The position numbers were made by a program, and so were the translations under genes. From assembly GCA_041661265.1 (NCBI GenBank), contig JBAZUT010000001.1, forward strand, positions 129,854-193,853: a stretch of DNA of 64,000 nt. The letters are read 5' to 3'. The stretch comes from Minisyncoccota bacterium (GTDB lineage: Bacteria; Patescibacteriota; Minisyncoccia; JAHIHE01; JAGLIN01). The first letter of the stretch is position 1. Each line of letters starts with the position of its first letter. Below, in pieces: positions 9,122-17,856 of this stretch. The notes under the pieces were generated by a model. That model did no database searches and was not told where the DNA came from. It saw nothing but the letters and a program-made list of their open reading frames with translations.

Positions 9122-9752
9122 ATGCTTCGCTTATTTTTTTAATTATTTTCTTCACGTCGGAAAAATTCTTCGCCACATAATCGGTTTTTTCCGATTTGAT
9201 CTTTACATGCCCGCCCCTAGGCCTCTCCATTTTGATCGTGACCACATCCGGAAACTTTTCTTTGACCTTGTCGATCTCCACAGCTTTGTCGTCTATGAAA
9301 ACAATCAGATCTTCCGGATTGCCCCTGTAGATGTTCTCCAGATAGACCACCTTGTCCTTATCAGTTATATGGACCTTGTCGAAAAAATTGCCTATATTCG
9401 CGTTGTCGATCTTTCTCTTCTGGAAATCGGTCGAACCGAAAGAAAGAAGAATAAGCTCCTTCCGGAGACGTTCATTGGCGAACTTCTTGAAATCGGGATA
9501 AACAAACTCCTCCGACCTCTCGATCAGGGAATCGATCTCACTCACAACCTCCTCTTTGTCAAAAGGTTTCAGCTGAAAAAAAAGATCAACTACGACCTTC
9601 TGATCGAAATCTTTCATTTTTTCCTTCGATTTCCTGTATATTTCCCTGAATTCATCCGACGTAAATCCCACTCTCTTAAAATGTTCAATTATCTCTTGCA
9701 CGAACATATAGGTATCGAAGATAGTATCATCGAAATCTATTACGATTTTCAT
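9093..9752 (-). CDS. HAD-superfamily hydrolase
   Basis: DFDDT motif I, LLSFG motif II, K, FIDD motif IV. Confidence 0.8.
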   Translation of the reverse strand: MKIVIDFDDTIFDTYMFVQEIIEHFKRVGFTSDEFREIYRKSKEKMKDFDQKVVVDLFFQLKPFDKEEVVSEIDSLIERSEEFVYPDFKKFANERLRKELILLSFGSTDFQKRKIDNANIGNFFDKVHITDKDKVVYLENIYRGNPEDLIVFIDDKAVEIDKVKEKFPDVVTIKMERPRGGHVKIKSEKTDYVAKNFSDVKKIIKKISEAYESSGPINI

Positions 9753-9978
9753 TCTTTTGGATTAATTTTATTAATATCGATAAGAAATTGGCCACCAAGC
9801 CATAACACCGGCCGGATATTACACCGTAATTGTAGCATAAACCCGCATATTTTAAAAGCAATCGGCTCTCAAAATAGCTTTATTTCCCGCAAAACATCTC
9901 GCATCAGCAAAAAAATAGGATTGACGAAGGCGGCTTTTTCATGTAGAATTGCATGAAGTGGGACCAGGAGGTCAAAAA

Positions 9979-10179
9979 ATGTTCAAAAAAATAAACATAC
10001 TAACCAACGTAGCTGCAGTTGGAATCATAATTTTATCGATCCTATACGGAAACAACATCAAGGACGGCGCTGCCTTCCCTCTAATGGGGGTAACCGCCAT
10101 AGCTTGGTTCGTCGCAGTATTCTGCAGTCACCGAAAAACGGTAAAAAAAAGAAGGTTAATATCGAGGAATAATATTTAA
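9979..10179 (+). CDS. Small two-TM hypothetical membrane protein
   Basis: GGAGG SD before ATG 9979; TTGACG-N17-TAGAAT promoter upstream; two hydrophobic segments and a basic tail. Confidence 0.6.
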   Translation: MFKKINILTNVAAVGIIILSILYGNNIKDGAAFPLMGVTAIAWFVAVFCSHRKTVKKRRLISRNNI

Positions 10180-10274
10180 TTATTCCTTATTTTTATCGCA
10201 TTCGGTTGACCTTGCCGGACTTTTAAACTAAGCTATAAGAAGAAGCTTTTTGCTCAGTATTTTGCCGTGCAGCC

Positions 10275-10367
10275 TTCCCCTCCTTAGATAAGAAGGGGTG
10301 AGGGGTGGTTTGTATTTTTGAGTTTTATTCCAACCCCTCCTGACCTCCCCTTATCCAAGAGGAGGAA
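10275..10367. repeat. Inverted pair of REP-like palindromes (CCCCTCCTT..AAG.GGGG type)
   Basis: 10275-10310 resembles the reverse complement of 10332-10367. Confidence 0.6.
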
Positions 10368-10429
10368 AAAAGCCATAAAATCAGCGAGATTCAGGCAATA
10401 CTAAATACTAAATACTTAATACCAAAGAT

Positions 10430-11500
10430 ATGGGATTTTCAGTCGGGATAGTCGGGCTTCCGAATGTCGGAAAATCGACCCTATTCAAAACATTGACCAA
10501 AAAAGAAGTGGATATTTCCAATTATCCTTTCTGCACCATCGATCCGAATATCGGGATCGTCAAAGTTCCGGACGCAAGGCTTGAGAAGCTGGCTGTTTTT
10601 TCAAAAAGCAAGAAAATTGTGCCGACTGCGATCGAGTTCGTGGACATAGCAGGATTGGTGAAAGACGCGCACAAAGGAGAAGGCCTCGGAAACAAGTTCC
10701 TCGCCAACATCCGGGAAGTGGACATGATCGCGCACATCGTCCGAGGCTTTGAAGACGGAAACATCATCCATGTCGGAAATAAGGTGGATCCGAAGAACGA
10801 TATCGAAGTGATAAACTTAGAGTTAATACTGGCCGATCTTGAAACGGTCAACAAGATGCTAAGCAAGTCCGAAAGGGACGTGAAATCCGGAGACAAGGTC
10901 GCATTGATCCAAAAAAATATTTTGGCAAGATATAAAGAAGCGCTGGAAAAGGGTGAAATGGCAAACACGGTGCAAATTGAAGAAACAGAAAAAGAAGCGG
11001 CAAAAAGCATCAGCCTTCTCACCAACAAGCCGGTACTTTTTGTTGTGAATGTAAATGAAAATCAGAAGATAGACAAAGACAAGTTTTTGCCGGAAATAGA
11101 GAACAAGATCTTCGTTCCGATCAAATTCGAGCTGGACCTTGCGGAACTTGCTGAACCGGAAGCGATTGAATTCAGAAAAGAAGCGAACATGGACAAGAAC
11201 ATTTCAAGCCTCGACGAACTTATCACCAGATGCTATGAGCTTTTGGGGCTTATCACCTTCCTCACGACAGGAGAGGACGAGACTAGAGCCTGGACGATCA
11301 AAAAAGATTCGACCGCGCCTCAGGCGGGCCGCGCCATCCACACCGATTTTGAACAAAAGTTCATCCGCGCCAGCGTCATTAATTGGCAGAAACTTCTCGA
11401 AGCAGGCTCGGAAGCAAGCGCTGTGGAAAAGGGACTCCTGCGCACCGAAGGGAAAGAATATATCGTGCAGGATGGAGATGTGATTGAATTTAAAATCTAA
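10430..11500 (+). CDS. ychF: Redox-regulated ATPase/GTPase YchF
   Basis: GIVGLPNVGKST, NYPFCTIDPN, DIAGLV, GEGLGNKFL, EGKEYIVQDGD. Confidence 0.97.
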   Translation: MGFSVGIVGLPNVGKSTLFKTLTKKEVDISNYPFCTIDPNIGIVKVPDARLEKLAVFSKSKKIVPTAIEFVDIAGLVKDAHKGEGLGNKFLANIREVDMIAHIVRGFEDGNIIHVGNKVDPKNDIEVINLELILADLETVNKMLSKSERDVKSGDKVALIQKNILARYKEALEKGEMANTVQIEETEKEAAKSISLLTNKPVLFVVNVNENQKIDKDKFLPEIENKIFVPIKFELDLAELAEPEAIEFRKEANMDKNISSLDELITRCYELLGLITFLTTGEDETRAWTIKKDSTAPQAGRAIHTDFEQKFIRASVINWQKLLEAGSEASAVEKGLLRTEGKEYIVQDGDVIEFKI

Positions 11501-11529
11501 TTGCTACAGTGTTATATTGTTTGAATGTT

Positions 11530-11615
11530 GTTATTCTTCGAGCGATCCCGAATACTCGGGAGAGTCGAGAAGTTATTATCTTTTGGTTCTCGACGCAGAG
11601 TACCCTTGCTCGAAC
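11530..11615. repeat. REP-like doublet (TTCGAGCGA..GTCGAGAA family), same family as the elements flanking the GIY-YIG gene
   Basis: Reverse complement of 11587-11615 is nearly identical to 50667-50696. Confidence 0.75.
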
Positions 11616-11698
11616 AACATTAAAATGATTTTTAACTCCATCAAATTTGACTTATTGAAACCAAAACGGTATTATTGAAATAGAAATTAAGCAAAACT

Positions 11699-11917
11699 AT
11701 GGGAAAAATTGATCTAAAAAATGTGGTCTGGAAAGAGGGCAAATACTATGTTGCTCAGTGTTTAAATGTGGATATTTCAAGTTTTGGAAAAACTAAAAAA
11801 GAAGCATTGATGAACTTAGATGAAGCTTTGGGACTATATTTTGAAGATAATAAAAAACCAAAAGTAACTAAGATAGAGAGACCGACGCTAGTAAAAATAT
11901 CCATCTGCCATGTCTAA
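11699..11917 (+). CDS. hicB: HicB family antitoxin
   Basis: VVWKEGKYYVAQC...SSFGKTKKEALMNLDEALGLYF, a HicB RNase-H-like core. Confidence 0.85.
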   Translation: MGKIDLKNVVWKEGKYYVAQCLNVDISSFGKTKKEALMNLDEALGLYFEDNKKPKVTKIERPTLVKISICHV

Positions 11918-12071
11918 ACTTTATTCTTCAAATTTGATCATCAAAGTCCTCCAAAAGCGAGGCTTTGTTTTTATCTCTCAGAAAGGAAGCGCCGTGGAAA
12001 AAGGACTCCTCCGCACCGAAGGAAAGGAATATATCGTGCAGGATGGAGATGTCGTAGAATTTAAAATATAG
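11910..12071 (+). pseudogene. hicA: Truncated HicA toxin fused in frame to a duplicate of the ychF 3' end
   Basis: MSKLYSSNLIIKVLQKRGFVFISQKGS (ends just before the catalytic His of the GSH motif) + AVEKGLLRTEGKEYIVQDGDVVEFKI*. Confidence 0.8.
11987..12071 (+). repeat. 85-bp diverged direct repeat of the ychF 3' end (11416-11500)
   Basis: 10 mismatches in 85 nt by manual alignment, nine at third codon positions. Confidence 0.9.
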
Positions 12072-12087
12072 AATTATTATTTTTAGA

Positions 12088-12114
12088 TGTCATTCCCGCG
12101 AAAGCGGGAATCTA
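12088..12114. repeat. REP-like hairpin TGTCATTCCCGCGAAAGCGGGAATCTA
   Basis: ATTCCC-N8-GGGAAT palindrome; related copies at 13276-13322 and inverted at 13351-13376, with partial TGTCATTC copies near 12187-12210. Confidence 0.7.
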
Positions 12115-12296
12115 TGCAACAGACGATTTGAATTTCTAATTTTTAATTTCAAATTTCTAATCAATTTTTAATGACTAAACGTCAAATGTCATTCTAAATA
12201 ATGTCATTCTGAGCCTGTCAAAGCATTGGTTCAAAATCTGTCGCATACCGCGCAACAAAAAAATTATCTTCAAATTATAAAAATAGTGTTAATAAT

Positions 12297-13220
12297 ATGC
12301 CAATACCACAAAATTTTCAGACAATTATGCTCCCCTTCCTTGAAGCTGTTTCTGATGGGGAAAGCCATAATATGAATGAAATCCTAGATGCTTTAGCTGA
12401 TTATTTTAAGCTTACCGAAGAAGAAAAAACTAGAAAATATCCAACTGGAAGCGCCTATATCTTCAACAATAAGGCGCGATTTGCTCGTTTATATTTACTA
12501 AAAGCGGGTTTATTGGAATCAACTCAAAAAAGTTTTATAAAAATTTCTGATGATGGCGCAGGAGTTTTAGCAAAAAAACCGAAGCAGGTTAATTTAAAAT
12601 TGCTTGAAACGTATCCAAAATATATTGAATTTAAGCAAAGTTTAAAAGAGAGGAATCGTGAAAGAAAGGAAACAATTGTCGAAAATACAGAGATGGAATC
12701 ACAGACTCCTCATGAACTGATTGAGTATGGCTATCAGAAAATCAAAAAAGAACTTTCACAGGAAATATTAATTCAAACGAAGCAAAGCTCGCCGCAGTTT
12801 TTTGAAAAATTGGTTGTTGAATTGCTACTCAAGATGGGCTATGGCGGATCATTGAAAGACGCCGGAAAGGCAATTGGGCAAAGTGGTGATGGTGGTATTG
12901 ATGGCATTATTAAAGAAGATAAACTTGGACTAGATATTATATATATTCAGGCTAAACGATGAGAAAATTCCATTGGTGAACCCGTAATTAGAGATTTCGT
13001 CGGAAGTCTTGCAGGAAAACATGCGAATAAAGGCGTATTTATAACTACATCTCATTTTACAAGTGGTGCTACTGATTATGTTAAGAATATTCCTCATAAG
13101 GTTATTTTAATTGACGGTGAGATGCTGACCGACCTTATGATCGAAAATAACATTGGGGTATCAAATGTAAGCGCTTATGAAATTAAAAGAATAGATTCTG
13201 ATTATTTTATTGAAGAATAA
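12297..13220 (+). pseudogene. mrr: Mrr-family type IV restriction endonuclease interrupted by a single in-frame TGA
   Basis: Mrr_N plus SGDGGIDG...YIQAKR, TGA (12960-12962), then the frame continues ENSIGEPVIRDFVGSL...GVFITTSHF...IDSDYFIEE*. Confidence 0.85.
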
Positions 13221-13275
13221 ATCCCTCCCCTATCAGTTCAAGTTTTTGCACCTGAACCATAAATTTCTTTTCGAA

Positions 13276-13376
13276 TGTCATTCCGGACTTGCCTGCTCGC
13301 CTCTGGGAGGATCTGGAATCTACCCATAATCACGTTGCTATCTATTTAGTGGATTCCTGCTTTCGCAGGAATGACA
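13276..13376. repeat. Inverted REP-like pair (TGTCATTCC...GGAATC / GGATTCC...GGAATGACA)
   Basis: Same family as 12088-12114. Confidence 0.65.
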
Positions 13377-13423
13377 GCATGATAAGTTTAGAATAAATCA
13401 ACATAAGGCACTATAAAACTATT

Positions 13424-13612
13424 ATGAAGCTAAAATCCACAATCAAATGCCCGCAATGCGGGTTTGAAAAAGAAGAAACAATGCCCCAAGACGCCTGCCA
13501 GTATTTTTATATTTGTTCAAAATGCCAAAAACGCATCGAGCCAAAACCAGGCGATTGCTGCGTGTATTGCTCTTATGGTTCCGTCAAATGTCCAATGAAA
13601 CAGGTGAAATAA
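13424..13612 (+). CDS. GDCCVxC domain-containing metal-binding protein
   Basis: CPQCG...MPQDACQYFYICSKC...PGDCCVYCSYG. Confidence 0.88.
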   Translation: MKLKSTIKCPQCGFEKEETMPQDACQYFYICSKCQKRIEPKPGDCCVYCSYGSVKCPMKQVK

Positions 13613-13756
13613 GCATAGATTTTCTCTGCCGGTTCAGGTCTTCGCACCTGCCTTCCGGCCCGCTTCGCCGGAGGCTGACAGCGAGGCGAGCAGCCAGGCT
13701 TGAACCATAAATTTCTTTGCAAGTGTAATATTCATTAAATATCGTCATACGCCTTT

Positions 13757-14242
13757 ATGAATAACAGAACGATTAAGCTATTATTTGTTTGCACCGATAA
13801 CATAGGCCGAAGCCTGATGGCCGAATATCTTTTGAGAAACTGGCTGGAAAATAACAACCGGCATGACATCGAGGTTTCCTCTTGCGGGACAAATGCGACA
13901 AGCGACACCAGCTCATTTTGCATGGATCACATTGGCAAATTGGATGAAATGGGAATAGATGCATCGCGGCACAAAAGAACCCAAATATCAAAAGAAATAT
14001 TGGCACGAAGCGACATCATCATTGCCATGGATGAATCCCACCGAGACTGGGTACGGGAGAAATTCAACAAAGAAGTCATGTTGTATAATGAAATATGCAA
14101 GAATGAAAAAACTTCGATCAGGATCAATCCGCCCGGCTCAGCCGGTCCGCTATCCAATCGATTGTTGAAGGTGTTTGAGTATATAGATAAGTCCATTCCT
14201 GACTTAGTTACTTCAATTGATAAGATAAAAATAAACTTATGA
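13757..14242 (+). CDS. Low-molecular-weight protein tyrosine phosphatase/ArsC-like protein
   Basis: LFVCTDNIGRS P-loop (CX5R), DIIIAMD. Confidence 0.8.
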   Translation: MNNRTIKLLFVCTDNIGRSLMAEYLLRNWLENNNRHDIEVSSCGTNATSDTSSFCMDHIGKLDEMGIDASRHKRTQISKEILARSDIIIAMDESHRDWVREKFNKEVMLYNEICKNEKTSIRINPPGSAGPLSNRLLKVFEYIDKSIPDLVTSIDKIKINL

Positions 14243-15033
14243 CGAAATTCGCCATATTAACCGATATTCATCTGGGCCCGGAAGGCCGCTTCAGGGGCAT
14301 TCTTCGCAAAATAAACAAGGATGTGAAAATATTTTTGGACGATTTTGTCGAGGAAATGAATGGGAATGTAAAACCTGAATTCACGGTTGTCCTCGGAGAT
14401 CTGGTCGAGGACGACAATGAGGCCAATGACAGGAATAATGTCGGCTACATCGTAAAGTTGCTGAAAAAGTTGAAGTGTCCTGTCTATTATGCTGCCGGAA
14501 ACCATGATCTTAGGAACATTTCAGAAAAAGATCTGGCGGAATTGTTTCATTATGAAAAGCTATACTATTCATTTGATTCCGGCAATCTTCATTTCATCGT
14601 TCTATTTTCGAGGGCATCGAAAGATGAAACGATCAGGATCTCGGATGAACAAAAGGAATGGCTTCAGAAGGATCTGGATTCGACGGACAGAAAATGCGTT
14701 GTTTTCGTCCATCATGGATTAGCCGACCAGGACCTGACGGGAAACCCATGGTTTGAAAAAAAACCTGAATACTGCCTTATTGAAAACAGAAAAGAGATCA
14801 GGCACATAGTCTCCGAATCAAAAAAAGTTATTGCGGTTTTCAACAGCCACTTGCATTGGGACAAGAAAGACTCTCATGACGGTATCCCCTATTTCACGAT
14901 CCAGTCTTTGGTTGAAAATGAGGGCGACAATGGATTAGCAAGCGAAACGCACGCAGTGGTCAATATTGTTGACGATAAGGTTGACGTTGAGGTGAAGGGT
15001 AATTATGCAAAAAACTTTTCACATCAAAGCTGA
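14239..15033 (+). CDS. Calcineurin-like metallophosphoesterase
   Basis: DIH, GDLV, GNHD, HH and SHLH motifs. Confidence 0.88.
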   Translation: MTKFAILTDIHLGPEGRFRGILRKINKDVKIFLDDFVEEMNGNVKPEFTVVLGDLVEDDNEANDRNNVGYIVKLLKKLKCPVYYAAGNHDLRNISEKDLAELFHYEKLYYSFDSGNLHFIVLFSRASKDETIRISDEQKEWLQKDLDSTDRKCVVFVHHGLADQDLTGNPWFEKKPEYCLIENRKEIRHIVSESKKVIAVFNSHLHWDKKDSHDGIPYFTIQSLVENEGDNGLASETHAVVNIVDDKVDVEVKGNYAKNFSHQS

Positions 15034-15091
15034 GGAGCAGCGAACCTGCTCTGGACATGAAAAACGCGTCCAAATCATTAATATCATACAT

Positions 15092-15297
15092 ATGCTATAT
15101 CTCATCGGGGGTGCAGCGCGGAGTGGCAAAACAAATCTTTCAAAAAGACTGCTGACTGGAAAAAGTATCCCCTACTTTTGCATTGATTATCTTGTCAGCG
15201 CCATCGATCGAACACTGCACAACAAACCCTCTTTCCGTATTTCGATGTATCAAATGATTTCTCAGAAAAGATAGATGAGATACTTACCAATATTTGA
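15092..15297 (+). pseudogene. Internally deleted copy of the P-loop kinase gene at 17857-18405
   Basis: 15092-15234 is near-identical to 17857-17999; 15233-15295 resembles 18323-18383; the join is out of frame. Confidence 0.8.
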
Positions 15298-15385
15298 TTC
15301 AAATAGTTTGAGCAGCATAGGATTATTTTCGTTCTATTAGATTACCACAGCTATGAGATGTCATTAATGAAATTATAAATATAAC

Positions 15386-15706
15386 ATGATAATAAAAAAC
15401 CAAAGAACGATTCAGAAAATAATAGGTCCAATGATCATAAATGAATATAAAATAAATTCTTATTTTAGCGCCGCTCTGGTTGAGATTAATGGAGCTCACG
15501 GAAAACTTAAGTGCATCGGGGAAGATAGAATTTATTTTATTCTAGACGGTGAAGGAATGTTCATTATAAACGATGAGGAAAGTAACATCAGTCAAAATGA
15601 TTTGATATTTGTACCAAAGAATACGCCCTATAATATTATTGGCAAACTGAGATATCTTTTGATTTGCTCTCCTAAGTTTAATCCCAAAAATGATGTGTTT
15701 CTATGA
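15386..15706 (+). CDS. Cupin domain protein
   Basis: DRIYFILDGEG...DLIFVPKNTPY. Confidence 0.8.
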   Translation: MIIKNQRTIQKIIGPMIINEYKINSYFSAALVEINGAHGKLKCIGEDRIYFILDGEGMFIINDEESNISQNDLIFVPKNTPYNIIGKLRYLLICSPKFNPKNDVFL

Positions 15707-15734
15707 TGCAAGTCCTGCAAGTGTATTAAAAATG

Positions 15735-15760
15735 CCCTGCAGTTTACTGCAGGGTTATTT
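15735..15760. terminator. Terminator between the convergent cupin and prenyltransferase genes
   Basis: CCCTGCAG-ttta-CTGCAGGG followed by TTATTT. Confidence 0.65.
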
Positions 15761-15786
15761 TGTTTTAGATTTTCTTTTTATCCAAT

Positions 15787-16818
15787 TTAAAGTTCCTTTA
15801 CATATTCTCTCGTATTTTCCAAAAGTTCAAATAGTTCAACGAGATACGCTTTGGGATCGGATTCGTTTAATCTATCAACACGATCCAGGCCTTTCAATTT
15901 ATATGAAGTGATCAAGTCCAGTGTTTCATCAATGCACCCGAGCCGGATCAATGTTTTAGTCAGATCCAGCAGCTCTTCCCCTGAAGCTTTTTTATTGCCC
16001 AGCAATTTTCTTATTTGAGCTTTATCACTCTCTTCTTTTTCCATTGCACAGATGATCGGGTATGTCCATATTCCCTTTCTTACGTCTTCGAAAGAAATCC
16101 TCGATAGTGCCTTAGAGTTTTTGCGCATGATTTCTTCCGGCAAAAAACACGTTAGATCGTTTCTCGCCATTACGCCAGTCCCGAATACCCTTCCTATCTC
16201 GCCAAACTGTTCGACCTCGCGATCACTGGAATCCGCTGCTATGGCAGACGTCTTAGCCATAGTTTCAAACATCACCCCGCAAATCTTATAACATCTTTCG
16301 ATATATTTTGCAGCTGTTGTGTCATCCTTCATATCCTCGTTTATTCCTTCGCCTACCCACAGAATTTCCCACATTTGGTTTGCCAGAGTTAATATTTTTA
16401 ATTTGGAACAATCCTTGATCTTTAAATCCGATAACAGCTTGATAGAGATAAATGCCTGCAAACTTCCGGCGATAATCCCGTAATTTAGGCCGAATTCTTC
16501 ATGTGTAGCAATTTTTCCTTCTCTCTCTGGTTGACTATCAATGATATCATCAAGCACATACGTAGAGATGGTTGATAATTCCATAAAACCAAGCAACGGA
16601 AGAATATCGTGCCAGTTTTTACCACCGCAATATTCATAGATCAGCCTGCCTAATGTAGCGCGCAACTTTGGCTTATTTCTCCTTAAACTAACCAGACGAG
16701 ACACTGACTCATGCAATAGCCTGTCTTCTTTTTCTAGTTCTTCAAGCTTTTCAATCAGATATTTATCGATATCCTCTGCGGTATTCTTCATTAAATTAAA
16801 CAGTTGTCTTTTCTTCAT
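15787..16818 (-). CDS. Trans-isoprenyl diphosphate synthase (polyprenyl synthetase) family protein with an atypical second motif
   Basis: KLR, DDIID first aspartate-rich motif, EDVRKGIWTYP; the second motif reads RNDLTCFLPE; GGAGG SD before ATG 16818. Confidence 0.8.
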   Translation of the reverse strand: MKKRQLFNLMKNTAEDIDKYLIEKLEELEKEDRLLHESVSRLVSLRRNKPKLRATLGRLIYEYCGGKNWHDILPLLGFMELSTISTYVLDDIIDSQPEREGKIATHEEFGLNYGIIAGSLQAFISIKLLSDLKIKDCSKLKILTLANQMWEILWVGEGINEDMKDDTTAAKYIERCYKICGVMFETMAKTSAIAADSSDREVEQFGEIGRVFGTGVMARNDLTCFLPEEIMRKNSKALSRISFEDVRKGIWTYPIICAMEKEESDKAQIRKLLGNKKASGEELLDLTKTLIRLGCIDETLDLITSYKLKGLDRVDRLNESDPKAYLVELFELLENTREYVKEL

Positions 16819-16969
16819 TTGTTTTCCTCCTTTGTTTGTGTAAGCCACGAATGACCTTTGTATCGTGACTGTTTAACATACCACTTCTATAATATTTGTC
16901 TTAATTTCAATAAAAATTAAATCCTCATGGGCTATTTTTTATAATAATGGCCAAAAATCCTTTGTTTGC

Positions 16970-17022
16970 TTGACATTTTTGCTCCATGCGCTATACTTTT
17001 ATGTTGTCTAAAATAGTAGACA
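16970..17022 (+). promoter_or_regulatory. trmB promoter with palindromic operator
   Basis: TTGACA-N16-TATACT; TGTCTA-N6-TAGACA at 17005-17022. Confidence 0.55.
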
Positions 17023-17035
17023 TTTTTAATCAACG

Positions 17036-17782
17036 ATGAGCATGAATATAGAAAATATTTTGCAAACTGTCGGCTTCTCGAGAAAAAAAACTAAGATATA
17101 TTTAGCCATTTTGGAGCTGGGAGAAGCCTCGGTAATAGAGATCGCGAAAAAAGCCGGCATCAAACGGACTACGGTTTATAATATCCTTCCGGAATTGATA
17201 ATCGACGGCCTGGTAAAGAAATCTGTTAAAAACAAAAAGGGATTCTTCTTCATAGAAGACCCCTCTCTAATCAAGACAAGTCTGGAAGAAAAAATGGGCA
17301 CAATCGAAAAATCCCTGCCTGAACTGAGAGCCATGCAAAACACTATCCCCTCCAAACCAAGGATAACTTTTTATGAAGGAGGGGGTGGAGCAAAAGCTCT
17401 ATATCGGGATACTTTGGACAGTCTTACGCCAGGCGATACGCTTTTGAGCTATACTGGACTTACCGATTTTTACAAACTTATTCCCAAAGATTTTTCAGAG
17501 TGGTATATTAAAGAGAGAATCAAAAGAAAAATAAGGATAGAAGTAATCGCACTGAGATCAAAAATAACCGATGAATGGCAAAAAAATGCGGCAAGAGAGC
17601 TTCGCGAGATCAAAATAGTTAATAACTCCGACTTTCGATTCGACGGAGACACTGAGATATACGGTAATAAAATAGCTCTCATATCTTATAAAGAGAACTT
17701 CATGGGAGTTATAATAGAAAGCAAAGAAATAAGCCAAATGTTGAGAATGGCTTTTCGTCTTATGTGGAATTCGCTCGAATAA
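17036..17782 (+). CDS. TrmB-family transcriptional regulator
   Basis: IYLAILELGEASVIEIAKKAGIKRTTVY wHTH; PRITFYEG; EIYGNKIALIS effector domain. Confidence 0.88.
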   Translation: MSMNIENILQTVGFSRKKTKIYLAILELGEASVIEIAKKAGIKRTTVYNILPELIIDGLVKKSVKNKKGFFFIEDPSLIKTSLEEKMGTIEKSLPELRAMQNTIPSKPRITFYEGGGGAKALYRDTLDSLTPGDTLLSYTGLTDFYKLIPKDFSEWYIKERIKRKIRIEVIALRSKITDEWQKNAARELREIKIVNNSDFRFDGDTEIYGNKIALISYKENFMGVIIESKEISQMLRMAFRLMWNSLE

Positions 17783-17856
17783 TGTTCCCTAACGATTAAC
17801 TACTACGGGGCTTACTCCTATGACTTTTATAAGGTATTGTTAAAATAATAATTCAT

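Larger units (their letters stand above)
13236..13718. repeat. Direct repeats flanking the GDCCVxC gene (13236-13270 and 13632-13718)
   Basis: GTTCA.GT.TT.GCACCTG...TGAACCATAAATTTCTTT at both sites; the second copy has an ~50-bp GC-rich insert. Confidence 0.65.

Noticed and set aside
12960-12962. Genome-wide UGA recoding or selenocysteine
   Set aside because: Several intact genes end in TGA and use TGG for Trp; the position is an aromatic site rather than a Cys site
13424-13612. Selenoprotein form of GDCCVxC
   Set aside because: No in-frame TGA; all relevant codons are Cys
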